Virus record (IMG/VR): IMGVR_UViG_3300031992_000039
Location: 1-64,000 of that record
Length of the DNA stretch: 64,000 bases
Origin: a virus
Lineage: Duplodnaviria > Caudoviricetes
Direction: 5' to 3' (one strand)
A program made the translations under genes and the position numbers. This document shows, piece after piece, positions 9,911 through 20,328 of this stretch. Positions within the stretch are counted from its first letter, which is position 1. Each line of letters starts with the position of its first letter. The notes beneath the pieces are model-generated. The model saw nothing but the letters and a program-made list of their open reading frames with translations. It did not search any database and was not told the DNA's origin.

Positions 9911-10889
9911 CATCTTCCTCTGCAATAAAGTCTTCTTCTTCCTCTATCTTATATCCCTCATTATCATACTCGTCTAAGTCGTATTCTTTCTTAATATCGT
10001 ATATATTTTCTTCTAGATCATTTGCATTTTTTAAACTATTAAGTCGCTGAGTAATCTCATCTCCAATTCCACCTTCATTTATATAAAGCCTTTGATTATA
10101 ATTCTCTATATTTTTAAGAGATTCATCAATTACATCTCTAGTAACATCATCATAGAACTTATTTTGATGCCCTCTTTTCTCAAGCCACATTCCCACTTCC
10201 GCGAAAGAATCAAAATCAACAGCATTTTGTGCGTTTTTAGGAGTGAACTCTGCAATTTTAACTAATTTATCATAAGAAGACAAAAACTTATCGACATCTT
10301 TATCTCCTGCTCTTATCTTGCTATCAATTTCAAGTGAAAACTTGCATAGCTTGCGCGCCTGGTCAATTTGAAGCGCACCGTTTACATTTTGAGTAACTAA
10401 AAGGCCCTTGTATAAATCTTCAAGATACATAAGCTCTTCTTCATCATAATTGGCACCCCAAATTTTATGAAGTTTTCTTAGACGCTCTTCATCTAAAAGT
10501 GGAATTTCTGCCTCTATTAGCCCAGTCTCTTTTAATTTCTGGTATTGACGGAAATAATCTCCCCATCCTAAGGACTTATAAGAATCCGTAGCGAAAACTT
10601 TTGAGTAGATTGACCAAACGTGGTCTTCGCCGTTTAGCTCTAAAAGGCGCTCCCACTCTTTTACAATAAACGGTATCCCCGCATATTGACATAGCTTATC
10701 CACATATTCCCAATCCCAATTATGTTCCGCCAGAAAGTCCCGCGCGCAATCATCGCAAAAAGGAATAACTCCATCTGGGTAAAAGGGGGAATGAGTGCGC
10801 GCGAAGTTCTCCGTAGTTAAAATATTTCCGCAACTTTCACACTTCTTCGTGAGGAATACTTTCTTCGGGATTTTCGGTTCTATCGGCAT
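9900..10889 (-). CDS. Zn-finger protein upstream of terL, possible terminase small subunit
   Basis: CESC...CDDC at the N-terminus, acidic tail; position immediately 5' of terL. Confidence 0.5.
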   Translation of the reverse strand: MPIEPKIPKKVFLTKKCESCGNILTTENFARTHSPFYPDGVIPFCDDCARDFLAEHNWDWEYVDKLCQYAGIPFIVKEWERLLELNGEDHVWSIYSKVFATDSYKSLGWGDYFRQYQKLKETGLIEAEIPLLDEERLRKLHKIWGANYDEEELMYLEDLYKGLLVTQNVNGALQIDQARKLCKFSLEIDSKIRAGDKDVDKFLSSYDKLVKIAEFTPKNAQNAVDFDSFAEVGMWLEKRGHQNKFYDDVTRDVIDESLKNIENYNQRLYINEGGIGDEITQRLNSLKNANDLEENIYDIKKEYDLDEYDNEGYKIEEEEDFIAEEDDDE

Positions 10890-11145
10890 TCTTAACTTTA
10901 CCCTCCTTCTTATTGGCTTCCCTAAGTATTTTTAATAGCTCTCGTTTTCTTTTCCTACTACTTGTTTCATAACTACTTAAAACATCTATATATAAGTCTA
11001 TAAACTCACGAGGCGGGAATTTTCCATCTTCATCTTTTTCTTCCTTTAGAAGAGGAACCTTTAAAATGCGAGCCACACCAATAAAAACCTCAGGTTCCTT
11101 AATTTTAGAAGTCTCTTCTAAAAACTTTAAATTTAATTTATCCAT
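10837..11145 (-). CDS. Hypothetical protein
   Basis: Likely start MDKLNLK after AAAAGGAG. Confidence 0.6.
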   Translation of the reverse strand: MDKLNLKFLEETSKIKEPEVFIGVARILKVPLLKEEKDEDGKFPPREFIDLYIDVLSSYETSSRKRKRELLKILREANKKEGKVKNADRTENPEESIPHEEV

Positions 11146-11146
11146 A

Positions 11147-12472
11147 TTATCTCCTTTTATCTCTAAGTATTTTTTCACATTTCTTACACCGTGGTGAGAA
11201 TCCATCCCCAGAACGGTGCCGGCGCATAAAAGTTTTCTCGTCCCTAAGTAGAATTTCTCCGCAATCCTTACACTTTTTAAAATTCTCAGGGAAAAATAAA
11301 TTCTCCAAAACTTCTCGATGGCGTGCTGCCGCTTCCGCGATTTTTACCAAGCATTTTTTACAATATAAAGTTGAAATATAATTAGGTTGGTAATTCTTCC
11401 CATATTTCTTATTTATAATATCTGCTATATCTTGGTTTAAACGCTTTTGAATTTTTAAATCAAGTATATCAGAATGTATGGGATCAAGGGCTGCCAATGT
11501 CCGATACATGGAGGCCGCGCGCAATAAATAAGGGAGACCGGATTCTAGAGAGGCAGTTTCGCTTTCATCTTGGAGCATCTCTAAGTTTTCAAAGAGCTTG
11601 CAAAGATGATCTGTATTTGTAAAGTCAAAAAAGCGAGGTTCTTGTGTTGAGGGTGCCGGCTCCCATAAAAGTCTTGAAAGATTTTCAAGATCTTCATAAG
11701 AGAAATCAGAAGGATTAGGATATCTTTCTAAATTAAAGACTTTTGAAAAGAAAGGACGATCGTTTTTTGGAATACCAACAGGTTTAACTTTAATTTCTTC
11801 TCCAAAGGTGGGCGGCTCTTGATCTGTATACGAAAAAGTGGGATTTGAAAGAACGGGAGGTGCGTACTCGTCTTTTAGGATGTATTGTTCGCGACGAAGA
11901 TCAACAAGCTTATGGCGCAATTTTAAATAGGCATAAGGAAGAAGAGACTCGGCGCGGGTAGAAATAGAAGATATATCAGAAGGGGAAAAGCGCTTTAAGA
12001 GTTGCGCGCGAGGGGGAAGTTTTCGTTTATTGTGCGCGAGCTCATAGAAATTTAGGAGGAGTTCGGTTTCATCTATTTCGTGCCAAAGAGCCTCTAGAGC
12101 GTTTAAAATGTGCGGGGGAGCGACTTTTCGAGCCCTAGATCGAGAGAAAGGCTCTGAAGGCAGTTTCGTTGGTGGGTCACTAGGGGAACGAAGAAGGGCT
12201 TCCGTAAAAGTAGGGGACTCTATAAGCGCATCTAAAGATTCTAAACGCTTTGAATCCCAAGTTTTGTGGCGAGTTTCGAGTTCTAGGCCTTCTTGGGAGC
12301 CATTTAGATTTGTGGAAGGATTTTTTCCCCAAAGTATATATTTCGCGATTATATCGAGTTCAGCGGGAGTTGGCTTAAAGGGAATTGAGTCTAAGTAAGT
12401 ATTTATAAAGCTAACTCGTTCTGGTTGAGTTTCTAGCTTAAAGTTTAAATTTAAACGGTTTTTATTATCCAT
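11147..12472 (-). CDS. Putative DNA-binding/sigma-region-4-like protein with C-terminal Zn finger
   Basis: ILDLKIQKRLNQDIADIINKKYG HTH-like segment; CKDC...CKKC; has its own sigma-A promoter (TTGACT..TATAAT at about 12500-12532). Confidence 0.45.
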   Translation of the reverse strand: MDNKNRLNLNFKLETQPERVSFINTYLDSIPFKPTPAELDIIAKYILWGKNPSTNLNGSQEGLELETRHKTWDSKRLESLDALIESPTFTEALLRSPSDPPTKLPSEPFSRSRARKVAPPHILNALEALWHEIDETELLLNFYELAHNKRKLPPRAQLLKRFSPSDISSISTRAESLLPYAYLKLRHKLVDLRREQYILKDEYAPPVLSNPTFSYTDQEPPTFGEEIKVKPVGIPKNDRPFFSKVFNLERYPNPSDFSYEDLENLSRLLWEPAPSTQEPRFFDFTNTDHLCKLFENLEMLQDESETASLESGLPYLLRAASMYRTLAALDPIHSDILDLKIQKRLNQDIADIINKKYGKNYQPNYISTLYCKKCLVKIAEAAARHREVLENLFFPENFKKCKDCGEILLRDEKTFMRRHRSGDGFSPRCKKCEKILRDKRR

Positions 12473-12577
12473 TGGAATACTCCAGTAAATTTATTCTAAT
12501 TATAGTATATAGAATTTTGGGGTAAAAGTCAAATTTTAAAAATTAAATAGGATTAAAAATTTAATTCAATTTTAAAA

Positions 12578-12613
12578 AATTTAATTCAGTAGGGAAATTT
12601 AATTCAGTAGGGA
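12578..12613. repeat. Tandem 18-bp direct repeat AATTTAATTCAGTAGGGA x2, plus a partial third copy
   Basis: Read directly in the divergent intergenic region; partial AATTTAATTCA at about 12558. Confidence 0.8.
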
Positions 12614-12788
12614 GATGTGCCAGGGACGCCCATTTCGATCTGTAATAATTCTCATTTTCCGAAAACCCAACCCCGGTTTTCTGTAATAAAACAAAAAAGA
12701 GGATCCCGTTGCATTTTTCTATCCCCCTATAAATATACAATATATTTCTAAAAAAGGGGTAGACAAATCACTTTATAAGGTGTATAAT

Positions 12789-13005
12789 GGGCTTGCCCGA
12801 TGAGGCAAGGGAAAGGGCCTTGATGGGCAGGACGGAAGTTAACCACCACACGCACATTGAAAATTGTATATTGTGTTTCCGTTTTCATGCGATATGTGGA
12901 TATCGACGGCAAGCTGTAAGAGGAACGCTGGATGACGGAATGTAGGTGAGCGTCCCTGCCCAGACTCACCGGCTCAACGACGAATTGTAAGTAGAAAGGA
13001 AGTAT
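12789..13005 (+). ncRNA. Structured 5' leader / candidate cis-regulatory RNA
   Basis: Promoter TAGACA-N17-TATAAT at about 12760-12788; GGGCAGGAC 12825-33 pairs with GTCCCTGCCC 12952-61; GGTGAG 12945-50 pairs with CTCACC 12965-70. Confidence 0.45.
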
Positions 13006-13009
13006 TATA

Positions 13010-13459
13010 ATGTATAAGTACACCAACACAAAGAGGCTAAACACGGTTCAGTATAAGCATAACAAGGGACAGCATTTAGAACAGCTTGCAAGGTATAACC
13101 TAACGGGCGAAATCTGTAACGCTGACAATGTGCCATTTTGGGCTGGGGCGGATGTGATGAATATCCAGCTTAAAAGCTCTAAAGGGCAGGCCGCTAAAGG
13201 CTTAAACATTGACTTTTACATTGAGTCAAACGCCGCTGAGGAGTACGGTTGGTGCTTGCTTGATGAATCGGGTATTATCATAATGAGCCCTGCCGAATAC
13301 AAGGCATTTGTGGCAAGGTTCGCCTTTGAAAGTACCGATTCCAAAGGCTGTCCGATTCTCCGCTTCAAGGCTGAAAGTGATGAAATGCGGGGCTGGTTTG
13401 ATATTCGGCTGAACGGAAAAACCCGCTACAATATGCGATACTGGTATTTGTGGGGCTGA
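13010..13459 (+). CDS. PD-(D/E)xK-like protein, circular permutant of 16421..16879
   Basis: NKGQHLE...DNVPF..GADV..IQLK and LRFK motifs; AGAAAGGA RBS. Confidence 0.6.
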   Translation: MYKYTNTKRLNTVQYKHNKGQHLEQLARYNLTGEICNADNVPFWAGADVMNIQLKSSKGQAAKGLNIDFYIESNAAEEYGWCLLDESGIIIMSPAEYKAFVARFAFESTDSKGCPILRFKAESDEMRGWFDIRLNGKTRYNMRYWYLWG

Positions 13460-13496
13460 AAAGCCCCACAACAGACAAAAGAAAGGAGATCGTAAT

Positions 13497-13634
13497 ATGT
13501 GGTGCTATTACATTGAGAACAAACTGACACTTGAAGCCGATTGTATATTCGGCTACAGCTTCAAAGACGCTTGCAAGCGTGAAAGGCTCAACCCTCTTGA
13601 GTGGCGGGTTGTGGCCGAAGTTTGGGAAGATTAA
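13497..13634 (+). CDS. Small hypothetical protein (45 aa, MWCYYIENK...)
   Basis: AAAGGAG RBS; not in the ORF track. Confidence 0.6.
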   Translation: MWCYYIENKLTLEADCIFGYSFKDACKRERLNPLEWRVVAEVWED

Positions 13635-13671
13635 AGCTAAATTACAATATATAAGAAAAGGAGAAAAGAAA

Positions 13672-13911
13672 ATGAAAGTTTACCTTATTGAAAGAACCGG
13701 CGAAAAGCCCGTTATCACCACCAACCGCACGACCGCCGCCCGCCTCATCAAGGAATGGCTCGATGAAGAAGAAGTCTACGAGTGGCTCGACCTGTGGAAG
13801 ATTGAAGACATCATCCGGCGCGAGAGCGAGGACATAGATGAGCGCTCCACATGGTTCATCACAAGGGATTGTAAAGTGACCTGCGAGGTCATCGAGATAA
13901 TCGAGGGCTGA
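13672..13911 (+). CDS. Small acidic hypothetical protein (MKVYLIE...)
   Basis: AAAGGAG RBS; stop codon inside a hairpin. Confidence 0.7.
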   Translation: MKVYLIERTGEKPVITTNRTTAARLIKEWLDEEEVYEWLDLWKIEDIIRRESEDIDERSTWFITRDCKVTCEVIEIIEG

Positions 13912-13948
13912 AAAGCCCTCAAGGGATTAAGAGAAAGGAGAAAGAAAA

Positions 13949-14191
13949 ATGAACATCTTTTACAGAACATTCAGCCGCGGCGGGATAGACGGCAGGGATC
14001 TTAAAATTGATAACTGGGTAACTGAAGAAGCCGCCCGGGAAGCCGCCCTCAAAGACACTTGGAATAGCGATTATACGCTCTACCGCGTACAGCTAATTTT
14101 TGAATCGAACGGACGAATCACCGAAAAGCAAACTAAAATAGGCGATATTCCCTGCGGGTATGAATTAAAATGGGGTGGTCAAACTCTATAA
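13949..14191 (+). CDS. Small hypothetical protein
   Basis: AAAGGAG RBS; terminator AGAGGGCA..TGCCCTCT-T tract at about 14198-14225. Confidence 0.7.
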   Translation: MNIFYRTFSRGGIDGRDLKIDNWVTEEAAREAALKDTWNSDYTLYRVQLIFESNGRITEKQTKIGDIPCGYELKWGGQTL

Positions 14192-14459
14192 AGTAAAGAG
14201 GGCATTATGCCCTCTTTTTCTTTTTAGAAATTATATATAATATATTTTCATACCGAGAAAAATATATTATATATTCCCGTACCGAACGAGGATTATATAT
14301 AATATATTATATTATATATTCTTCCTCACGCAGAACTTTCTAAAATATATCATATATTTTCTTCCCGGGACGAGAATATATCATATATTTCCCAAAACCT
14401 GTTGACTTCCCGGTCCGGGTGTGGTAGAATTAGGTATACCAAGAAGAGAGGGTTATACT

Positions 14460-14708
14460 ATGATAGTCTATGTTATTTGTCGTTCTTGGGCCGGCGCGCC
14501 CATTGTCGTCTCTGACCTGCGCGAAGCTGCACGCTTTATTTACGACATTTTCAAGAATTTTGAAGCTACAAGCTTGGAACATATCGAAGCTGAACTCAAG
14601 TTCGACCTTGAAGAATTAGGAGACGATAGTCTCTGGAAGTTTACTTATTTCCCCGAAGAAGGATGTGAGGAATACATCCAGATCTATAAGACTGAAATAG
14701 TTGACTAA
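14460..14708 (+). CDS. Cassette hypothetical protein (MIVYVIC...)
   Basis: Own promoter, GAGG RBS and terminator. Confidence 0.7.
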   Translation: MIVYVICRSWAGAPIVVSDLREAARFIYDIFKNFEATSLEHIEAELKFDLEELGDDSLWKFTYFPEEGCEEYIQIYKTEIVD

Positions 14709-14895
14709 GGGGTACCACCCCTTTTTATTTTATAGAATATATAATATATTATTAGAATACATAATATATTTTTAGAATATATAATATATTCTTGTTTCGA
14801 GCATAGAATATATGATATATTTTCCGGGAAAAAGTTGACTTTTTAAGTCCGGTATGGTATAATTTGGGTACAGTAAAGGAAGGGAGATAATTCCT

Positions 14896-15219
14896 ATGAA
14901 AATCAGTGCCCACCGCATAAATGTGCGTACCATGCGCAAGCTTTCCGAAAATGACGGGCTCACGCTGCGCGACGGCTACCCTGTCACCTACAAGAGCGGC
15001 TACCAAGTCGCAACCGAGAGCGAAGTTACCACTACACCTGAAATGGCTATGGTTATGGCTCGCTGCAAAAAGGACTGCGGCATCTGGTACGCTAATGGCC
15101 TGTATTATGTGGACGCCAGCCGCAGGGTTCCCACAAAAAAGGAAGCTCTGAAGCTCGCACGCGAGCACAAACAGGTTTCAATCCTTAAATGGGCGACGAT
15201 GGAACTTATATATTGTTGA
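14896..15219 (+). CDS. Cassette hypothetical protein (basic)
   Basis: Own promoter, RBS and terminator AGCCGTGG..CCACGGCT-T tract. Confidence 0.75.
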   Translation: MKISAHRINVRTMRKLSENDGLTLRDGYPVTYKSGYQVATESEVTTTPEMAMVMARCKKDCGIWYANGLYYVDASRRVPTKKEALKLAREHKQVSILKWATMELIYC

Positions 15220-15394
15220 AATTTTCTGAGCCGTGGGTTACTCCTCCTGACCCACGGCTTTTTGAATCCGTAAATTATATATAATATATTTTAAGTCCGG
15301 GCGCAGAATATATCATATATAATCGAAAAAAAGGTTGCAATTTCCGTCCGGGCATGGTATAATTAAGCATACCAAATGAAAGGAAGTTAAAACT

Positions 15395-15697
15395 ATGAAC
15401 ACCATTACACTCTCCATCTCTGTTGGCGAAACCACCACTGTTATCACCCCCGCTTTCTCCATTGGCGATACGGTTTACGAAATCACCGACAAGCTCAAGA
15501 TAAGAGCTTGGGAAGTAACCGATTATACCATTGTAAAGGAGTTGGGCCCGGCTGAGTATTCCATAGCTTATAACCTCTCCCATGGTCGTAAAACAACCTT
15601 AATTAATAGTTGGTACGATAACCATTCCCTCTTCTCCGACTACAATCAGGCATTGGCAAAGCTGAATGATCGCAAGGCAGAAAAGGAGTTAAAGTAA
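15395..15697 (+). CDS. Cassette hypothetical protein (SH3/KOW-like beta pattern FSIGDTVY)
   Basis: Own promoter, RBS and terminator. Confidence 0.7.
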   Translation: MNTITLSISVGETTTVITPAFSIGDTVYEITDKLKIRAWEVTDYTIVKELGPAEYSIAYNLSHGRKTTLINSWYDNHSLFSDYNQALAKLNDRKAEKELK

Positions 15698-15917
15698 CCA
15701 ATTAAAGTAGCAAGTAATAATACTTGCTACTTTCTTTTTCTTTAAAATTATATATAATATATTATACTATATTTTCTTAAAAATAAATTGTTCTAATATT
15801 TTAAAAAATATATAATATATTTTGATCTCGGGCACAAAATATATAAAATTTTCCCTTGACAACCAATCTCCCTTGTGATATAATATAGTCACAAAAAAGG
15901 AAAGGGGAATACACCAA

Positions 15918-16118
15918 ATGCTTACCTACGAATACTACATCAACATCCACAACGGAAACGAAAAGGTTACCATCGGTTATAATGGTATCGAAGCTGTCTG
16001 GGACGCATACACCTATATGTGCTCTGCTGTATCTGGAACGGAAGCTCGTATCTGTCTCTGGGACGGCGCCACAGGCGAAGTCCTTGACTATAATTGGGAA
16101 GATGAGGAAGAGGCATAA
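15918..16118 (+). CDS. Cassette hypothetical protein (66 aa, acidic tail)
   Basis: Own promoter and RBS; stop codon in hairpin GAGGC-ATAA-GCCTC. Confidence 0.7.
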   Translation: MLTYEYYINIHNGNEKVTIGYNGIEAVWDAYTYMCSAVSGTEARICLWDGATGEVLDYNWEDEEEA

Positions 16119-16420
16119 GCCTCTTCCTCATTTCCTTCGGAAAATTATATATAATATATTATTTTGAAGCTACGCCGCCCTAAAGGAATATATTATATAT
16201 TTTCAATTTTTAAAAATATATAATATATTCTTTTCTCGGATGCAGAATATATTATATATTTCCCCAAATTCGATCCAAAAAAATAATATATTATATACTA
16301 TATTCTATATTTTCCGAGAATTATATATTCTTTTTCCGAGCAAAATATATTCTAAAAAATGGTTGACAAATCCGGTTCTATGGTGTATAATTAGTTACAG
16401 TAAAGAAAGGAGATACCCCA

Positions 16421-16879
16421 ATGAACACCACCATCTACCACGACCTTATCAAGCGTTACGACCACGCTTCCTACACCAATGAGTATATCTTCGGCTTCGA
16501 GTCCAACGGCTCTATTGTCTTCACCTTCGCAAGCTCCGACCTGCTCCCCTACATCTGCAAGCTTGACAGGGCAAGCCGTGGAGCTGGCTACTCCCTCCGC
16601 TTCAAGCCCGACTACCAGCAGAAGGAGCTTCTGAAGCTTCGTTCCTTGACCGTCCTCTGCTCCGCTGACTTCTTCCGCTCCACCGTCAAGGATTCCAAGT
16701 ACAACGCTGGCGAGATTTTTGAGAAAATGGTCACCGAATGGTTCGGGCAGGAATGGAAAAAAGACCACATTCCCTTTACCAAAGCAGGGGATATCGAGAT
16801 TGACGGAATCGCCTACCAGATAAAGTTCGAAAAGGCTACCTTCACCAACGAAAAGACACTCGCAAAGCTCGGGGCGTAA
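16421..16879 (+). CDS. PD-(D/E)xK-like protein
   Basis: YNAGEIFE...DHIPF..AGDI....YQIK motif; strongly C-ending codons. Confidence 0.65.
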   Translation: MNTTIYHDLIKRYDHASYTNEYIFGFESNGSIVFTFASSDLLPYICKLDRASRGAGYSLRFKPDYQQKELLKLRSLTVLCSADFFRSTVKDSKYNAGEIFEKMVTEWFGQEWKKDHIPFTKAGDIEIDGIAYQIKFEKATFTNEKTLAKLGA

Positions 16880-17010
16880 GCCCCTTTCTTTTTGCATAGA
16901 AAATATATAATATATTTTGAGTCCGGGCAAAGAATATATCTTAAAAATCTATTGACTTCCCACAAATATGTGGTATAATTAATGTATCAAAAGAAAAGGA
17001 GATATCCACC

Positions 17011-17244
17011 ATGCGTTACGAAGTTAGATATACAGATGATTATGGTTATGGAAACCAGCGTTTTACGGAAGGATTTGAAACCCTTGAACAAGCACAAAAA
17101 AGGTTCCAAGAACTCAAATCGGGTGGTATGTTGGCGCCAATAAATCTAACTTTAGTTGACACTGTCGAAGAAGCCAAAGAAAGGATTTTACAACTAAAGC
17201 GTCGGATTTCACAGTTAGAAGATTATATACAAAATACAATATAA
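17011..17244 (+). CDS. Cassette hypothetical protein
   Basis: Own promoter, RBS and terminator. Confidence 0.7.
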   Translation: MRYEVRYTDDYGYGNQRFTEGFETLEQAQKRFQELKSGGMLAPINLTLVDTVEEAKERILQLKRRISQLEDYIQNTI

Positions 17245-17390
17245 GGGCGTAATGCCCCTTTTATTTTTAAAATATATAATATATTTGTGTTCCGGGCGCG
17301 AAATATATTATTTTTCTTCCGAAAAAAGACTTGCATTTTCCCTAAAGTTGTGCTATACTATACTCACAGAAAGAAAGAGAGGAAATAAAA

Positions 17391-17825
17391 ATGACAAAAG
17401 AAATTTGGTTCGATATGGACGGCACAATCGCAGACCTTTACGGCGTTGAAGATTGGCTCTCGATGCTCCGCAACTACGACCCCACCCCCTACAAGGTAGC
17501 CAAGCCCCTTCTCCATATGGCAAGCCTCGCCCGCAAGCTCAACGCACTTCAGCGCAAGGGCTACACAATCGGAGTTGTAAGCTGGGTTTCCAAGGTATCG
17601 ACCCCTGAATATGACGAAGCTGTCGCCGCCGCAAAGATTAATTGGCTTCGCACTCACCTCAAGAGCGTTAAGTTTGACCACATTGACATTCTCCCCTATG
17701 GAACTCCCAAGCAGGACGGTCGCAACGGTATCCTCTTTGATGATAACGAGGAAATTAGAGAAGATTGGGCAGATATAGCCTTTACCGAAAATAACATAAT
17801 GGAAGTTTTAAAGGCACTGGCATAA
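17391..17825 (+). CDS. HAD-family phosphatase (5'-nucleotidase-like)
   Basis: WFDMDGTIAD (motif I), VVSW, conserved K and ILFDD (motif IV). Confidence 0.8.
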   Translation: MTKEIWFDMDGTIADLYGVEDWLSMLRNYDPTPYKVAKPLLHMASLARKLNALQRKGYTIGVVSWVSKVSTPEYDEAVAAAKINWLRTHLKSVKFDHIDILPYGTPKQDGRNGILFDDNEEIREDWADIAFTENNIMEVLKALA

Positions 17826-17952
17826 GTGCCTTTTTCCTTTTATTTTATAATATATTTTGAGGCCGGGCAGATAATATATTATAAAAGTAGTTGACATTCC
17901 TATAATCTTGTGTTATAATTCTTATAGAGAAAAGAAAGAGAGGTAAACAAAA

Positions 17953-18243
17953 ATGTTTGTATCTACTATGCGTAAAGGTTTCCATATGACTTTTGAAAAT
18001 GGTCTTACTATTTCCGTTCAGTGGGGCGCAGGCAATTATTGCCAAAATCATTCCAACTTTGACCACAGTAACCCTTTTGGGCACGATATGGAAAGCAAGG
18101 ACGCCGAAATTGCCATTTTCGACGAACACGATGACTTTGTAGACCCTCGCCTTTTTATTGACTGTTACACAGATGGACAGGTCGCAGGATACCTTTCCGC
18201 AGATAAGGTTGCCGAACTCATCTATAAAGTATCAAGGGCGTAA
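17953..18243 (+). CDS. Cassette hypothetical protein
   Basis: Own promoter, RBS and terminator; FENGLTISVQWG..NYC. Confidence 0.7.
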   Translation: MFVSTMRKGFHMTFENGLTISVQWGAGNYCQNHSNFDHSNPFGHDMESKDAEIAIFDEHDDFVDPRLFIDCYTDGQVAGYLSADKVAELIYKVSRA

Positions 18244-18358
18244 TGCCCTTTTTATATATTTTCGCGCCGGGCAGATTATATATTTTAAAAAAGACTTGAC
18301 TTTCCCATAAACTTCTGTTATAATTTACTTGTAAAGAAAAGGAAAGGAAATCAAAAAA

Positions 18359-18664
18359 ATGGAAAAACCCCACATCACCGATGTTTATATGGATATGAGA
18401 AATACTTGGGGCGCAGAAATCGCCGATGAGATAATGGACCGAATCTTCGATACCCCTTCCGCCGATATAACTTGGCAGGAGTTTATATATAATCGTTGTA
18501 TTGCTTGCGGCGGTGCTTGGGTGACTATGATAGCAACAGGCATCCGTTCTATTGCTCCGAGCGTATGGGACGCACTCCCCGACAATATGGGCGAACCCTT
18601 CCACGCTTTTGCCCTTCTCTGTGACCTTGCTATGATTCTGGGAGTTGAACCTCCCCTCGATTAA
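18359..18664 (+). CDS. Cassette hypothetical protein
   Basis: Own promoter and RBS. Confidence 0.7.
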   Translation: MEKPHITDVYMDMRNTWGAEIADEIMDRIFDTPSADITWQEFIYNRCIACGGAWVTMIATGIRSIAPSVWDALPDNMGEPFHAFALLCDLAMILGVEPPLD

Positions 18665-18831
18665 TACCTCCTTTCTTTGGTGAAGGCGCGGTGAGTGGTG
18701 TCCCGCGCCTTCGACTTTAAAAGTATAATATATTCTTCGTCCGGACAAATAATATATTTTAAAAAACTTATTGACTTCCTAATACTAATCGTGTATAATA
18801 TAGATACAGAAAAGAAAGGGAGATTAAAATT

Positions 18832-19098
18832 ATGAAAGAAAAAATCTATGCGGTCACTGATAGAGATTTGAATGTATCCATTCTTACCCATTCTGAAATC
18901 ACAGACTTGGTTTTGGAAGCAGAAGAAGATACAATAGTTGGTTGGTTAGATGACAATTTTTCCACCGCCGAGCTTTTTACAATGTGCGATGATGATAAGG
19001 TATTAGTCGCAGAAAAGTTCATTGAAGAAGTAGAGGCAGGGCGCATTTACTCTTGGGCTTATCGTGAAATTGAAATCGATACGGAGGTAAGAATGTAA
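18832..19098 (+). CDS. Cassette hypothetical protein (acidic)
   Basis: Own promoter, RBS and terminator. Confidence 0.7.
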   Translation: MKEKIYAVTDRDLNVSILTHSEITDLVLEAEEDTIVGWLDDNFSTAELFTMCDDDKVLVAEKFIEEVEAGRIYSWAYREIEIDTEVRM

Positions 19099-19290
19099 AG
19101 CGCGCAAGCGCTTTCTTTTATCCAATTAATCATATATTCTTCTCCCGGGCGCATTATATACAATAATTTTTTTAAAAAAGGGGGTTGACAAATAAACCCC
19201 CTTATGTTATACTTATATCACGGTGAGGGGAGGAAAACCCCACCAATAAATAGGGCGGTGACCAACACCACTAATAGAAAGGAAACTATT

Positions 19291-19644
19291 ATGACTAACC
19301 GTGAATTCTTCGATACCATCGCCTCCAATGAAACTCTCCCCGATGAGCTTCGCACCTTCGCCACCGAAGCCATTCTCAAGATGGACGCCCGCAACGCCAA
19401 GCGCTCTTCCAAGCCCTCTAAGACAGCCCTTGCCAATGAGCCCATTAAGGCTTCTATCCTTGAGTACCTCGGCACTCATACCTGCGCTCCTGCCGCAGAC
19501 ATCGCCGCCGCCCTTGACATTACCACGCAGAAGGCTTCCGCTCTTTGCCGCCAGCTTGTGGAAAGCGGTCAGGTGAATTCCACCGAGATTAAGATTCCCA
19601 AGAAGGGCAAGGTCAAGGCGTACTCCGTCCATATTGCGGAGTAA
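19291..19644 (+). CDS. Winged helix-turn-helix DNA-binding protein (MTNREF family), paralog of 23946..24305
   Basis: AADIAAALDITTQKASALCRQLVESGQV HTH plus KGKVKAY wing. Confidence 0.7.
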   Translation: MTNREFFDTIASNETLPDELRTFATEAILKMDARNAKRSSKPSKTALANEPIKASILEYLGTHTCAPAADIAAALDITTQKASALCRQLVESGQVNSTEIKIPKKGKVKAYSVHIAE

Positions 19645-19874
19645 ACACCGAGGGGAGAATAATCTCCCCTTTTCTTTACACTTATCTTATATATAATATA
19701 CAATTGGTCCGGGCGCGGAATATACAATTTAGATTTTAAATTTGAAATTTTCAAAAATATATGGTATAATATATTCATAGAAAAAAGAAAATATATTATT
19801 TTCCTTTTAAAAAAAGACTTGACAACCGCAAAAAAGTATAGTAAAATAGGGTATCAAAAGAAAGGAGAAAAAAG

Positions 19875-20222
19875 ATGGCAAGCAAGTTCGACAACATTCG
19901 CCTCAACTTTATGAGTGGTATTACAAAGTGGCTTGAGGACAACGGAAATGAGGTTCTCCAGACGGGGTCGCAGGAAATCGCCCTCCCTATCGTGAGCGAT
20001 GACCACGAGGACGAAGGGTGGCTTGTAATAACCTTTAAGATTCCGAAGGGTTCCCGTGATGGTGATGTTTACGATGGTTACTCTATGGCGGAAGATTACA
20101 AGATGAAGCAGGCGGAAAAGGCGGAGAAGAAGCGGGTCGCCGCAGAAAAGAAGGCGGCAAAGATTGCAAAGGATAAAAAGATGCGGGAAGAAAAGGCAAG
20201 GTTAAAAGCGGAAAGGGGTTAA
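19875..20222 (+). CDS. Hypothetical protein with Lys/Ala/Glu-rich basic C-terminal helix
   Basis: Own promoter, RBS and terminator. Confidence 0.7.
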   Translation: MASKFDNIRLNFMSGITKWLEDNGNEVLQTGSQEIALPIVSDDHEDEGWLVITFKIPKGSRDGDVYDGYSMAEDYKMKQAEKAEKKRVAAEKKAAKIAKDKKMREEKARLKAERG

Positions 20223-20328
20223 ACCCCTTTCTTTTCAACTCTTTTATATATAATATATTGCGCGGCCGGGCGCAGAATATATTATTCTAAGGGATTGACT
20301 TCTGACTTGAAAAGTGGTATTATAACAA

